From: Mytilus trossulus
Lineage: Eukaryota
DNA: 64,000 nt
Direction: 5' to 3'
Assembly: GCF_036588685.1 (NCBI RefSeq)
Contig: NC_086386.1
Span: 29,140,001 to 29,204,000 of the forward strand
Each line of letters opens with the position of its first letter. Position 1 is the first letter of the stretch. The notes beneath the pieces were generated by a model. The model did no database searches. It saw only the letters and a list, made by a program, of their open reading frames with translations, and was not told the DNA's origin. A program made the position numbers and the translations under genes. Positions 1 through 13,900 of this stretch are shown here, one piece after another.

Positions 1-1745
1 AAATCGTACAAACAGTGATCCAGGCTTTGTTTTGGTAAGTTTTAACGCACAGATATTCTTCCTCTCTTATAATACTTGTTTGCATAAGTTCATCATTTTG
101 TATTGAAATCAAGTTTGTTGATTTATAACACTTCAAAAATGAATTTATACTTGCCATCATTGTGATGTGGTGTTTATTGGGATACGATTGCTGTCAAGCA
201 ATCTGTAGACTTTTACCGTTGACCCTATGATACACTCCCTCACGTCATTCGTTTTATTCTAAACATTCAGAAACTTCTCAGATTCTTATGATTGTCTTGC
301 TTTACAAGGTAAAAATAAGCAAAACAATTGAACATAAACAACTTTCCTGCAATGTTTTACTCATAACCTTCATGTGTGATATTTTCCTTCACTTATATGC
401 GTGTTTTTAACAATACAGGAAATCAGAATTAAACAGTATTTATATTTAGTGTTTTTATAAATTTAGAAACACGTCAGAGGGAATTCCCAAATTTGGACAA
501 CTTGCGAGAGTTCTCTGAAAGCCGATCGATAATTCTATTTCTGTCACAAGAACTGAAGTGGAGTATTTCAATATTTTACCGTTATGAAACTGATATTTGA
601 TACTGTACTCTCATAAAGAAATGGAGAACCATTCATCATATCATTTAATAAACGTTCTTGTTCCAAATCGCAAGACGCGGTTTGTTTATGTATTAATGCC
701 CATGTGTGGTCTCACTAATTAGAGACAAAAAGAATTGTAGAGACAAAAAGCGTCAAGAAGCGACAAGAAGAATAATATTAGCAATCAGAAACTATCTAGC
801 AACAAGAAAACATTTTTTTATTTATATTACTTATTCGAAATAAATATTAAAAAATATGCAAAAGAAAACAATTTCAATGACAGAAAAGTTAATTTTGATA
901 GGGAAAAAAATGTAACTTGTAAATCTTATTCAGATGCTACATTTATTTACATGATATTTTATAAGGTATCACAGGAAGTATTACCTTTACCCTGTCGTTT
1001 TATGGTATTACTCTTACTTGTGTTTTAGAACAATAATATATTTTGTCTTTTTATTTGTTTTTAAAACTATTTTTGTACAATATTTAATTAACTTTGCATT
1101 ATTTGTGCATAATTGTCCAGAAAATACATACACAAATTGTGAAATACAAATTAAGAACTGAAATCAAACAAGAGGAAAACATAATTAAAATGTGAATATT
1201 TTTCATTATTTTATTTAGTATTCAAACGATATGTATCATGTTTATGCATATAGATTGAAGATTAAAGGACACTGATGACAATCTTGAGTTTTCAACAGGT
1301 GTTCACTATTCGGTACAATAATTGTATATTCTGGTGCGTGTAATTGATGAAGGTGTTAATGGATGTTATTGTAGCAATAAAACAAAGGACATGCACCTAG
1401 TTAATCTCATTTGATGCTCTTAATTGTGTATTACCTTAGAGTGAAGCCACAGCTAATGTTGGTCCTATCAGGAAAAATTAATTGTACAGTTAGGAAGGAA
1501 ATAATATTTCATGTTTTTGTTTTATTAAATCCTTTAAAAGGAAGGTGACAAATCTTTGTTTTTATTTTCATTTTATAACGTTTACATTTCCTTTGCTCTT
1601 ACACATGTTTAATTTCTTCATCTATCAATATGATGATATAAAGTACACAATCTATTGAGGACTATACTTCTTTTTTAAGCTTATTTGTAAGTTAACTGAG
1701 AATCATGAAGAGAACTTATTGTAAAAGTCAGCTTTTTATACACAG

Positions 1746-1916
1746 CTCAATAGTGATGAATCAGCATCAGAAGATGAAGAGGAAGATCAGGATCCAACTT
1801 CTAAGGAACAGGAAGTCAAATCATTACCACCAGATGGCGTTAGTATCAAATCAGAGGATTTTGAAAAGCAATCTCTTGCTGACATGAAAAAAACTAAAGA
1901 GGTCAAGGCGCAACAG
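1746..1916 (+). CDS. PDZD8: PDZD8 exon, acidic linker (LNSDESASEDEEED...KTKEVKAQQ)
   Basis: cacag| acceptor, cag|gtaaat donor, 171 nt open, phase 0-0. Confidence 0.8.
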
Positions 1917-4900
1917 GTAAATTTCAAAAGATTTCGTTTTAGAAAGCAGTAAGATGATAATATATCCTGATAATATGGTTTGTAGGTTTATTGTATGGCA
2001 ATGAAAGGATTTTTTTACCTTGTTTTAGGTCAATATGGCTGCAAAAGAGGACAAAGTCTTATAAACATTAAACAATACTGAAGATATATTGAACTTTCAA
2101 AAAACATGTTAAAAAAAGAAAAAGTTGTGCAAAAGGAGCATCTTTATAAAGATTTGCCAACATATTTGTTCACAAGCAGGGGATTTAGTTCAACAATGTA
2201 GAATTTGTTTATTTGATTCTCCTTATAGGCATGTTATGCATGAATCAATTGAACAAAGTTTAGAAATTTCTTCTCGTTTTCTCAATTAATTCTATGACAT
2301 TTTTTTTTTATCTCTGTTTATTATTAGCAAATTGATAATTGCACATACATATGGATTCATTTATTTCTGTGGGTACCAATTTATGTTAATGTTTGATTTC
2401 ATAGTTTTGCCAATCTCTGCATACAAAGCTTAAAGAAAATTTGTTATTTGTTAGTTTCCTTATTTTCCTCATTTGTAAGGAGGAGGATAAAGACCTAATT
2501 GTTTTTTTAGCTTCTGAAAGTCAATTATACAGAGAATCAAAAACAATAGAGACAAAAATAGACATATATATATATATAACTCTTCTAAACATCAATCCAA
2601 CAATGTTAGATCTGTAAATTTGCTTTCGCAAATTGTTGGTTCTTCTCTCGCCGGGATTCGAACCCATGCTACTGAGATATTGTGACACCAAATCACCTGC
2701 GATGTAACCGGTGTGCTAGACCACATGACCACCTGGGTTTCATAAAAATGAAGCTTTCCGTGTCCAGGTGTTACCTTGCCACGTCAGTAAGTTTTAATCT
2801 AGCTTTGTACTACAGAACATGATATATAAGACATGAAGATGTTATTTTTTTACAGATCAGCTAAATTATCTATAGTAAAGGATCCTAGTACAAATTAATG
2901 TAATATACAGTCACAGAAATAATTATATTTATAAGTATGTCGGAACCAACAGATTTATCCATCAGATCACCAGCAGTGATGTTGATACATGCCTGTGCAT
3001 ATATATAAAAAAGCATTCAAAAATATTTCAAATTATTTTTTTTAGAATCCCGACTGGAATGAAGACTTTGTGTTTTATACGAGCCCAGAGGATAAATATC
3101 TCAATGTTTGTGTCTGGTGTAGGGTACCACCAAAACTTGATAAACATGAGAAAGTTATCAAACCTGGAAGAGAAACCTTGATAGGGCATGTAAGTAATGG
3201 AAAAATGATAATTCTGCATGTTTTGAAACTAAATAACTTTTTCCATAATTTTTGTTACATGTTTATGTCCTAGCACATTTAATGTTGCCAATTTGATAGA
3301 ATAGCACTTAGTGAAAATAGATTGATTCACTGCAAATATCTGTAATTATCGGAAAACTTTTTTCAGGCATCAGTTGGTTATTTTGATTTAAAATTTATGT
3401 TAAGGAATTTTTAGAATATTTCACTATTGATTATTTTCCTGTTTTCTATCTTTCTATCAATGCTTTTTAAGTCATACATGATACTTTAAACATTTTTTTT
3501 ATTATATTTACCTTTTTTGTAATATAGTAATGAACCTCATTATATATATTATAAAAAAATAATTTCAGAAATAAATCCAAGAAATTCATTTCTGAATTTT
3601 ATTTTTCTTATCACAAATTATCAGTGAGTTTTAATACAAGAAAGAAATAAAAATGTCTTATTCCTTTTGTGTTATAAGGCTTTAAAGTAAAACCAAAGGA
3701 GAAATATTTTTTCCTAAATAATTCAAATACATGTAAGGCTTTTTTTCCTTATTCACAGATCAGTTTGCCATTAGCAGATATATCATTAGATTGTTTATTG
3801 ACAATTCAGAGAGATTCACAAAGATGTGTTAATTTAGTACCACCAGAAAATATAGCTGGGGTTAGGTAAGTAAAAAAATACATATAATTTTACCCAGTGA
3901 TTTAGCTAGCGCTCGTCACTTTCGTATTTTACGAAAAGGTTTTCGAAATGACGAAAATATTTCATATCAATTTCGTCACTTAAATTTGGAAAGTGTAAAA
4001 GTATTTACACATCAAATTACTTGAATTCTACCTGTCTTTATGATTCTGACAAGTTTATGGCCCTCAGGTAATTAACGTTTACCAAAGGTGTTAAAAGTTG
4101 TGATGACAAGTAATCCGCTTATCGCCAATCAGATGGGTCACTAATCCCTTAATTATCATTATAAAACCTCATAAATGACCATCATAATAATCTATTTAAG
4201 TTAAATCAGTCAGTCAGCATTTCATTTTAATCATTTCTCACAGTTCAGTCGTATTTTCATCATTTGAACAAAATTGATAAACTTCCCGGACATTTCAACT
4301 TTATTTAAATTTCAATATTTCCCTTAGGATTATAATTTGCAGTTTGCTTGTCGTAGTTTCGTCATTTCAACGTATTTTCGTCATACTTTATATAAATATA
4401 TTCATCAAAAACTTTCGACAACTTCGATTTAAAAGAATGAACTTTATTCAAAACGTAAATATTTTCACTTGCAAACAGGTGCTTCCTGTTCAATGCATTG
4501 CGCATGCGTAAAAGTTCGTAGATGAATCCGGTTTTATTCTAAAATTATTATTCAATTGTCACTTCCCGTTTTCATTTCATTTCGTTTAAAAATCGAAAGT
4601 AAACGTGATCTACAGTCTAGAGTCATTAGAATTATCCCATTAAGTATAGATGCAGATCCTTCTATCCAATATTAAAGAAATTGATTCCAAATAGATATTA
4701 AAACGTATTTTCAAGGATATAAATGATTGTGAAGTGAAAAAGTCGTTACAAGTTCATTTGTGCAGTGGTTAAAAATAAAGGCACCCAACTTTTGTTGATA
4801 AGGGGTGTGCCCTGAAAATAACTGAAGTGAAGTTTTGACCATATTACCAGATCCCTGTTCTTATCTTCATATCTTAGCATCACATCAGTCAATTCATTCA

Positions 4901-7900
4901 ATATTGCAAATAACTGCCTACATTAGCAATCCTAAAGTCTTCAAAGATCCTAGACTAGTCCTTGAAGGACTTGGACATATATGTATAGCTAGTTTGATAA
5001 ACATCCTAGATCCCTTGCTTTATAAAAAAATAAGGCTGATTTTTATCACGCGCAAAAGTGACTAAAGCCCTCAAAATCCTAGCTAAAACCCTGATTTTAC
5101 CATAACCAAATTCAGTATTTCTTAAACTTATCATGTTCCATCAAAAATAAAGTTGATTTTGAAAAAGTTTATTTTAAGACACTGGAGTGAAATTAAAAAA
5201 AAACAGTTGCTGGATGCTTGCTACAGTTTTATTCAAGCCTGTGACTTCTGTCGCAGAAAGCAAAAGCTCCACATAAGGAAAGTGATCCAGTGGCTGGGTT
5301 GATGTTAGTTCATCTCATAAAAGATTAATATTTTAAAAGGGTGAAGACCTGGATGCTTCATACTTTGTGTATAGATGCCTTATATTACGAAGTTTCTGTC
5401 TGTTATATGTCCATTGTCCTTGACCTCATTTTCATGTTTCAGTGACCACTTGAAAAAAAGTTGAAATTTTTTGTAATGTTAATTTCAAGAATGTGATTTT
5501 TAGTTTGTGCGTACCAGACATTTTTTCAAGTGACCTTGACCTTATTTCATGGATTATTGAACAAGGTTAAGTTTTGGTAGTCAAGTCCACATACCAGACA
5601 CTATAAGCAATAGGTCTTCTATATATTTTGTATGAAATGCTTCTTAAGGCAATGATTAATTTTATTTGTCTTATTTCTTATAATCTATAATCAATAGGTC
5701 AACTATATTTGGTGTACTTTATGATTGTAAGGTGTACATGTATTTCTTGTTTGGTTTATCTGACCTTGATCTTTTCTAGTATCAAGTTTTTGTGAAACTT
5801 GTAGTAAAGGACTATTAACTTAAAATCAATGATTTGTTAAGAAGGCGAGACATTTCAGCATGTGCACTCTTGTTTTCTTTTGCAAAAAAATGATGAAGTC
5901 TTTAAAATATATAAGGTTACTTTTAAATCATGTCATGCAGGTTGAAATTCAACTTGAATATGGTTTTTAAAAGAAATTATGTTTATCACTAAAGGTTCAT
6001 TCACCATTCTGCATGTTCTTTTAAAACTATGACAGTCATCTTTGAAAAAAGTTTTTTTTTTATTTTTTTTTTCTTCAGTCGAACAAAGTTCCAGGAGTAT
6101 ATGAGCCATCAAGGATTTGATCACAGAATGTGTCATGGTGATATCACCCTGGGGTTTAAGTATGGATCAAGTCAATCAGTTGATACAGAGAGGAGAGTTC
6201 CTGAAGTCAAGGTCATCTCAGACAAGGAGAGTTCTGAAGAGTTTGTTTCCTTACCTGATTCATTATTGTTGGGACAAAAAAACAGGTAATTGATACTTTC
6301 AATTATTGAATATGATTTTTTGATGCCCCATTTAAGGGCGTTATGTTTTCTGGTCTGTGGGTCTGTTTGTTTGTTCGTCCGTTCGTCCGTCTGTCTAGCT
6401 TCAGGTTAAAGATTTTGGTCGAGGTAGTTTTTGATGAAGTTAAAAGTCCAATTATATTGAAATTTAGTACACATGTTCCTTATGATATGATCTTTCTAAT
6501 TTTAATGCTAAATTAGAGATTTTACCCCATTTTCAAGCTCCACTGAAAATAGAAAATGATCATGTGGATGGGGCATCCATGTACCTAGGAAATATTCTTG
6601 TTCTTAATACATTTCCTTAGACTTCTAGGTCAAAGCCATAATTTGACCAGGTTTGACTCACAAAAATTGTTAGGAGATATTGCATACCTAATTTCCTTAT
6701 GATTTGATGCATATGTATGACTGAATTTATAGATAAAAAAAAAAGAGAAAACTAGTACAAATGGTGATTATTAGTCCCAAGCCAGCAAAGGGAAAACAGA
6801 ATGTTTGTACAATAATGTAAAATAAATATATTTCAGATTAGAGATTGGTAAACATGACTTTACAGCTACCCAGTTTACTTCAGCTACTTACTGCCATTTC
6901 TGTGGGAAAAAGGTTGGTGTACAGAAAATAAACAAAAAGACCTTCAGAAACGAAATAAAGCTAAAACACTGATCAAACAATCAAAATACTCTTAAATAGC
7001 AGAAATGTCAAATTGAATTTTGCCTTCAGAGAAAAAATGATCTAAAAACAACTGTATTATTTAGTGTTTGGACACTTCGGTAGGAAGAACTTATTTGAGG
7101 GTTTAAAATTAAATATGAATAATACTATGAAATTAATTTCATACATAATGTTTTTCCATACACAAAATGCACTTTGTGTCTGCATATAGGAAAAATTTCT
7201 AACTTTAGTTTTCCTCAACCAGATGTTATGAAACCTATGCACAATGCTTATTATCATAAAACATAGATGGAGTTTGAAATTTGATGGTGTCAATTTTATC
7301 ATCTAGTTTTTTTGTTATGCCCCTTTACAAATTAAAAAAATGCTGATTTTTTTCTCTTCTGTTTTCTAACTTTAAACCAAATGTTATGAAACTTATACAC
7401 AATACTTATTACTATAAACCATAGATCAATTTTAAATGTTGATGGCATCACTTATATCTCCTTTACAAATGGAAAATTTGTTGAAATTTTTGTTTCTGTT
7501 CTCTATCTTTAGTTTGCATGAGTCAAATGTTATAAAACTTATACACTATATGCTTATTACCACAACACACAGGTCAAGTTTGAATTTTGGTGTCCTTCCT
7601 TCAAGTTTTCTAGAATTCTGCTCCTTAACAAATTGAAAAATTCCTGAAATATATGTTTCTGGTCTCTAACTTTAGTTTGCCTCACCCAAAATAATAAAAC
7701 TTATGCACTGTGATTAATACAATAAAATTACGATCAAGTATAAATTTGGATAATGTCTTTTACAGTTCTTTAGTTATATCCCTTTATAACTTTTTATGCA
7801 AGTAGAGGCATCATCTGTGTCCCATGGACACATTCCCTATTTATTTTGTTTTATTTCCACTCCCTGTGTATAGTAACATTAAACTTGCATCTATAGAACA

Positions 7901-10900
7901 TATATTTAATTTATTCTGCTTGATAGTAAAGGACAACAAAATATTATTGGTCAATTGGTGTATGATATCATTTAGTTTATGCCTAAGATACTCTTTTTGA
8001 TTTAAATTAAAAATCCTGTTTACCAGATGCATGTTAGTCTGTTTTATGAACCACAAACTTGATTTCAGATAAGTTAAGAAATCCAGACAATTTTAGATTG
8101 AATTTAGATCACCATATCATATAGATATAACATGTATTTATATAGTACATGTATATGAGCAAATATAAAATGACATATTTGTTGTAAAAAAAGTTTGAAT
8201 TTATGGATTTCATATTTTTAAAAAGCTTAGACATAGGCAAAACAGTAATGTGTCAGGACACTGGGCACAAATTAACACATTTATTATGCTAATAATTAAT
8301 TTTTGCTGAAAAAATATTTTTTCAATATTTTCAGATATGGTTGAAAGATGCATTCCTATGTTGTATGTGTTCAATGATTTGTCATAAGAAATGTGTAGTC
8401 AGATGTCAGACGCAGACACTCTGTACAAAGTAGGTTTTATTTAATGATTATTCATAAGAAATGTGTAGTCAGAAGTCTTGTTTGTCTGTTCATCCAAAAA
8501 TCATTTCTTGGTAATTTTCTCAGAAAATGCTGGACAGAATTGATTACATATCTAGTTTAAACATATTTATTTATATTGGATTTTGAAACAAGTTATTGCA
8601 AATTATATAAATCGCTTTCCACTTTGTGGTCAGCAGCTTGACACTGATGACTTGTTTGTATCAGAACTTGTCAGATATGTTGGTCACCTTCTCATGTTTT
8701 CAATTTCCTGATATTTCCAAAATTGGAAAGTGCATTTCTTGCATAGGTTCATTTGAACAAGCAATTTTCTACATGGTTCAGAAGAAAATGTGTTATTTTA
8801 TTATTAAGAGCATTATGTTTTTGGTCTGTGCATCTGTTCATATATTTGGCAGTTCTTTCTTCCGTCTGTTGTCTGTCAGTACATCTGTTCGGCTTCAGAT
8901 TAAAGTTTTTGGTCAAGGTAGTATCTGATGATGAAAATGACCGATTTTTTTCATTATATTAGATGGTACTTGTAAATTGCTAGACTTATGGCAGATTCCA
9001 AATAAGAAGGTTGAAAAGTTCCCAAAATGATGTTTAACAAAATCTACACCAATGAAGTTCTGTTTTCGAATACATGTTATACTTATATAAGTAAACACTT
9101 TTTGACAAAAAATAGACCTATGCACATTATATTTTTTAAATAAAGAACACCTTAAAAAAATGTTGCTATCATAACAAAATTGACAGACATTTTTATGGAA
9201 ATTTTTTATGTTAGCAACACAAAAAATCCTGATATTTTCTGTATTATCAAGGTTTGGATGTATATCTTGATTTAATATGAAAGGCAAATTGGAATAAAAC
9301 ATTTCTGAATATCTGCACCAATAAAAAAGGAATTGCAAAAACTTAAAAAAAGGATTATCTTTGAGTTGCTAACATAAGTTTGACAGACATAAACAATATT
9401 GCTAACATAAAATTTGACAGAAATTAAGTTGTTGCTAACATAAAAATTGACGGACTTTTTTGTTGCTAACATAATATTTGACAGACTTTTTTGTTGCTAA
9501 CATAATATTTGATGGACTTTTTTGTTGCTAACATAATATTTGATGGACTTTTTTGTTGCTAACATAATATTTGATGGACTTTTTTGTTGCTAACATAATA
9601 TTTGATGGACTTTTTTGTTGCTAACATAATATTTGATGGACTTTTTTGTTGCTAACATAACATTTGACGCACATTATTGTTGCTAACATAAATTTGACGG
9701 ACTAAAAAGTGTTGCTAACATAATATATTGACGGACTTGTTGCTAACATAAGATTGTGCTAACATAAATAAATTTGACAGACAATATATATATGAGATTT
9801 TTAACCAACATTGGAGATCTTATCCTAGTTGAAAGTCATATTAAGAACTCCTGCAAAATACCTCTGCCTGAAATTTAAAAAGATTTCAACCCAGGCCATA
9901 TAACTCTAATTTGTAGCACATCCAAATGTTGCTAACATAAAATGACAAGTTTGACAGAAATTATGTTAGCAACAGAAGTGATAAAACTCTTGATAAAATA
10001 AAGTAAATTGAAAGATCCAAAATGTGTATGTTTAATGTAAGTTATGAAATACAATTTTAACAGGCTTATATAAGTACCTACAATGATGTGGCAAGATTTT
10101 ATGAACCTGTTGCTATCATAACATTTATTGACAGACGAGCATCTAATAAGTAAGGTATTTGAAATTGAAAAAAAATATATATCACAGATGTTTTTAACAA
10201 AAGAAAAACAAAAGATTTGGAAACAGGGATGTTTGAATAATCAAAATACACTAATAAAAACCATTATACCAGTGTCAACTTAAAGCATCGCAAAACATGA
10301 ACCTTGTGTCAAAAAATGGGAAGTAATTTCCGTCAAACATTTCACATTTTCAACTTGTTTTGATCATTTCTACTTTTAATGGAAACAATCATATTCAATA
10401 ATTGGTTTTCTTGTTTTATTTAACATTACTATTTAAAAAGACATTCACACATTATCATTCAAATAACAGTTAGTATTATTTTTTTTTTTTTTTTTTTTTT
10501 GACGGAAATTTTCATTTCTTTTTGGAATCTGCCGTATACACTAGGTACGCTTAGCAATGAAGTTTTGACGTTTGTTTAAATAATTTTGAAAATATTTTGC
10601 TGTTTCAAAAAAGATGAAACAAGTGAAATAAAGAAGCTTATGGAACAAGTTATAAGTCAGCTTGGTTTTGTATAAAAAAGGTTAAAAATTAAGGGAAAGC
10701 AGAATAGTGCTATAAAACAATCTTTTAATGATAAGAATATTGTTTTAAGATTAAGCATACAAAGATGTGTTATCAGACAAAAAACATGTACTGAATTTCC
10801 TTGTTACAGGGATGGTGCTATGATGAGATCTAATCCTAAAGACAAATGGAAAGCTCCTATACCAGAATCTAGAAAAAGACAAGGCCATAAATCTGGACCT

Positions 10901-13900
10901 GTTGGAATTCTTAGTAAATTCAGGAAAGACCCTAATGTAGAAAATAAAACAGGTTTGTCATAGAGAATAACTTATATGTGCTTTCTTTAATTAGTAAGTG
11001 GCGTCAGCCATCAAAATAAATTGATGAAATTGTATTCAACACAATTAATTTATTTGTATTCACCACAAGTATGAAAATAAGAAAATGTGGCATGATTTGC
11101 AATGAGAAAACCCTCTAAAAGAGACCAAATGACATAGAAGTTTTAACGACTTCATGTCACTGTACGGCTTTTTACAACGAAATTAAAGGATCTCAAATGG
11201 TAAAGTTTAAGGGCCATGGCTTCTCATAATGAAACATGAAACATGAAAACTTAATTAAACGCCTATTTCTACATATACAATATGTATTCAATGGCGTTGT
11301 ACATAAATGACATATAAAATACAAAAATACTAAACAAAAATACAATATGTATGTACAATACCAAAAATTGAAAATTTATACTGTGATACACAAGAAAAAA
11401 GTCAGAAAAGTTCAAAATAATTTTGGAAATACAATGTTTTCAACCGACATCTAAAAATATCCAAAGATTCAGAGTTTCTTACATTTGTACCTAGTTCATT
11501 CCACAATTTTGGCCCAATAGTACTAAAGCTTCTATCTGAAAAAGTTTTCTTTTTGTTATATGGGACTGCATAACAACCAATAGATGACTCTGACGACCTT
11601 AATGAACGTTTCGACACTTGAGGATTTAACAAATTGATCAAATATGACGGTGCATTACCTACATGACAGTTGTACATGTATGTTAAGATTTTAAATGTAA
11701 TTCTGGCTTTGATCGGAAGCCAGTGTAAGTCAAAAAAAATCTTGTTATATGATTGGCCACATATTGCATGGAGGAACCAGAAGAAAAGAAAATCAGAAAA
11801 TTATTTAGTGCCCAATAAGAGATCTTATGGAAATTTCAAATTATTTAAATATTGTATTTTAAAAAAGTTTATGTGTTTTTTTAAACAGAATACTTTAAAA
11901 TGCAAAGACAGGTAAGCCTAATGCATATGAAGGTCTCATTATCCTCCAATCACCAGAAACAACATTAACAAAAGCACTTGACATTTACATCAATGGTGTA
12001 TTATTGTTCATTTCTCAAAATGGTATATTGGCTGTCACTGTCAGAAGGAGATGTTGTACCGTAAATTCAGATATTATTGCAATATTTTAATTATTGCTAT
12101 AAATGAGACAGGGTCATAATTGCAAAAAATTTTAAATCATTCAAACCCGAAAACTAACAATCTATTAATTTATATAAAAATTGAGAAACAATAAACACTT
12201 ATGAACCACATAAACACAATATCAGATTCCTGACTTAGTACAGGTGCAAACAATTGCAGCAGTATTAAACGTTTTGATGGTTCCAAACCTTCTCCCTTGT
12301 CTGAAACAATAGTGTAACATCACAACATAGGAAGACACACTGTAAAATAAATACCTTTCTAGATTCTTTCTTTTCATAAGAGTAATTAAATGGGAGTGTT
12401 GTCAGATACTTGTGAGCAAAGTGTGGTAACATAATCTGTATTTCATCCAATAGACCACTTTCGAGTTCATCCGTCACCGGCAAAAACTCGTCAATTATAC
12501 ACGCCTTTATGACGTCATTTACCAGATAGAGGGGCTCGCCTGTATCCCTGCACTATTTACGTTCTTCAAGCGTCTTAGTGATCGTCTTTGTGCAGGATAA
12601 ACTAGAAAAATGGTTGCTCTGTAGGTACTTACTGACATTTCCCTAATGACAGCAGTGTTGATTGTCAATTTTGAGAATTCAATTTGCCGAATAATTCGTA
12701 CAATATAGAATTATAGTTTTCCAACAACTCGCTCAACATTGGAAGGAAGTGACGACGCCCCTAAACGCACAAATGACGATGATAAAGGCGCGTATAATTG
12801 ACGAGTTTTTTCCGGTGACGGATGAACTCAAAAGTGGTCTATTCCCTGTTTCAGAATCTAATGCATCCTGGGTAATATTTCTATAAGCGTACTGCTAAAC
12901 ATTTTGATAAGTTTATAACATTCTAAACAATGTAAATCAGTCAGGATCCTACTTCGTCAAAATTATCTCCCCATTACGCCAGTTCATTTTCACAATCGTA
13001 GAAATGGAAGCCATTGTAGTGATGACGCGCTACCAATTTTGCTCTTGGAAACCGATAAATTTATCCACATTGCACCAATACGATCCTTATATGTCAGTTA
13101 TATTTTAAAAAGACAAATGTATCAACTAGCAAATGAGCATCAGTTAATGTTCTGGTCTGCATTGATTCAACTTAAAACTATTGTCTGATCGGTTGTTAGG
13201 TGGAATTTTCGAAAAATCATAAACATTTAAAAAAATTCTAATTAAATATTTCATGGAAGGGCAGACTAGATTTTTTTAGTGGTTAAAGACTATAAACCCT
13301 AGGTATCACACACAAAAAATTAGAATTTTTCGAAGATATGCATTTTCATCATCCAACTTGTCAGACTGTTGTCAAGTACTTTCATTAAAAAAATAGCTAT
13401 TCGAACACACCTTCTCTGTTTTTGTGACTTATTAAATAGGTATTTCACTTGACCCATATATTTCATCTTTTAGTACTGTTATTTTTTTGTGTTATAATGT
13501 CAACCTGTAGCTTTAATATATAAAAATGATAGAATCTGAAGCGAGATTGATGAATAAAATACTCTTACTTTGTACGATATCAAGACAAAATACTGAACTT
13601 AAACACGCCCTAACATAAAAAGGTGCACTCAATTTTCTTTTTTCGATACAATTGTTACCTATTTTTTGGAATTTTTTCTTCAGTCACATAATGGAAGGGC
13701 AGACAAGAAAATTACTGAACTAATAGATTGATATGTTTTCTGTCCGTGGTAATTTTTTCAAAAAAATCGGAGGTTATACATTTTCGTCATCCAACTTGAA
13801 AGATACCCATGTCATCGACTTAATATCTAATAGTTCTGCTTAACTATGTACTAGATAAATTGAAAACTTATGCAAATGGTGTTTTTGAAATAAAACACCT

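Noticed and set aside
9362-9782. CRISPR-like repeats
   Set aside because: Head-to-tail 31-bp units with no unique spacers; an ordinary minisatellite.
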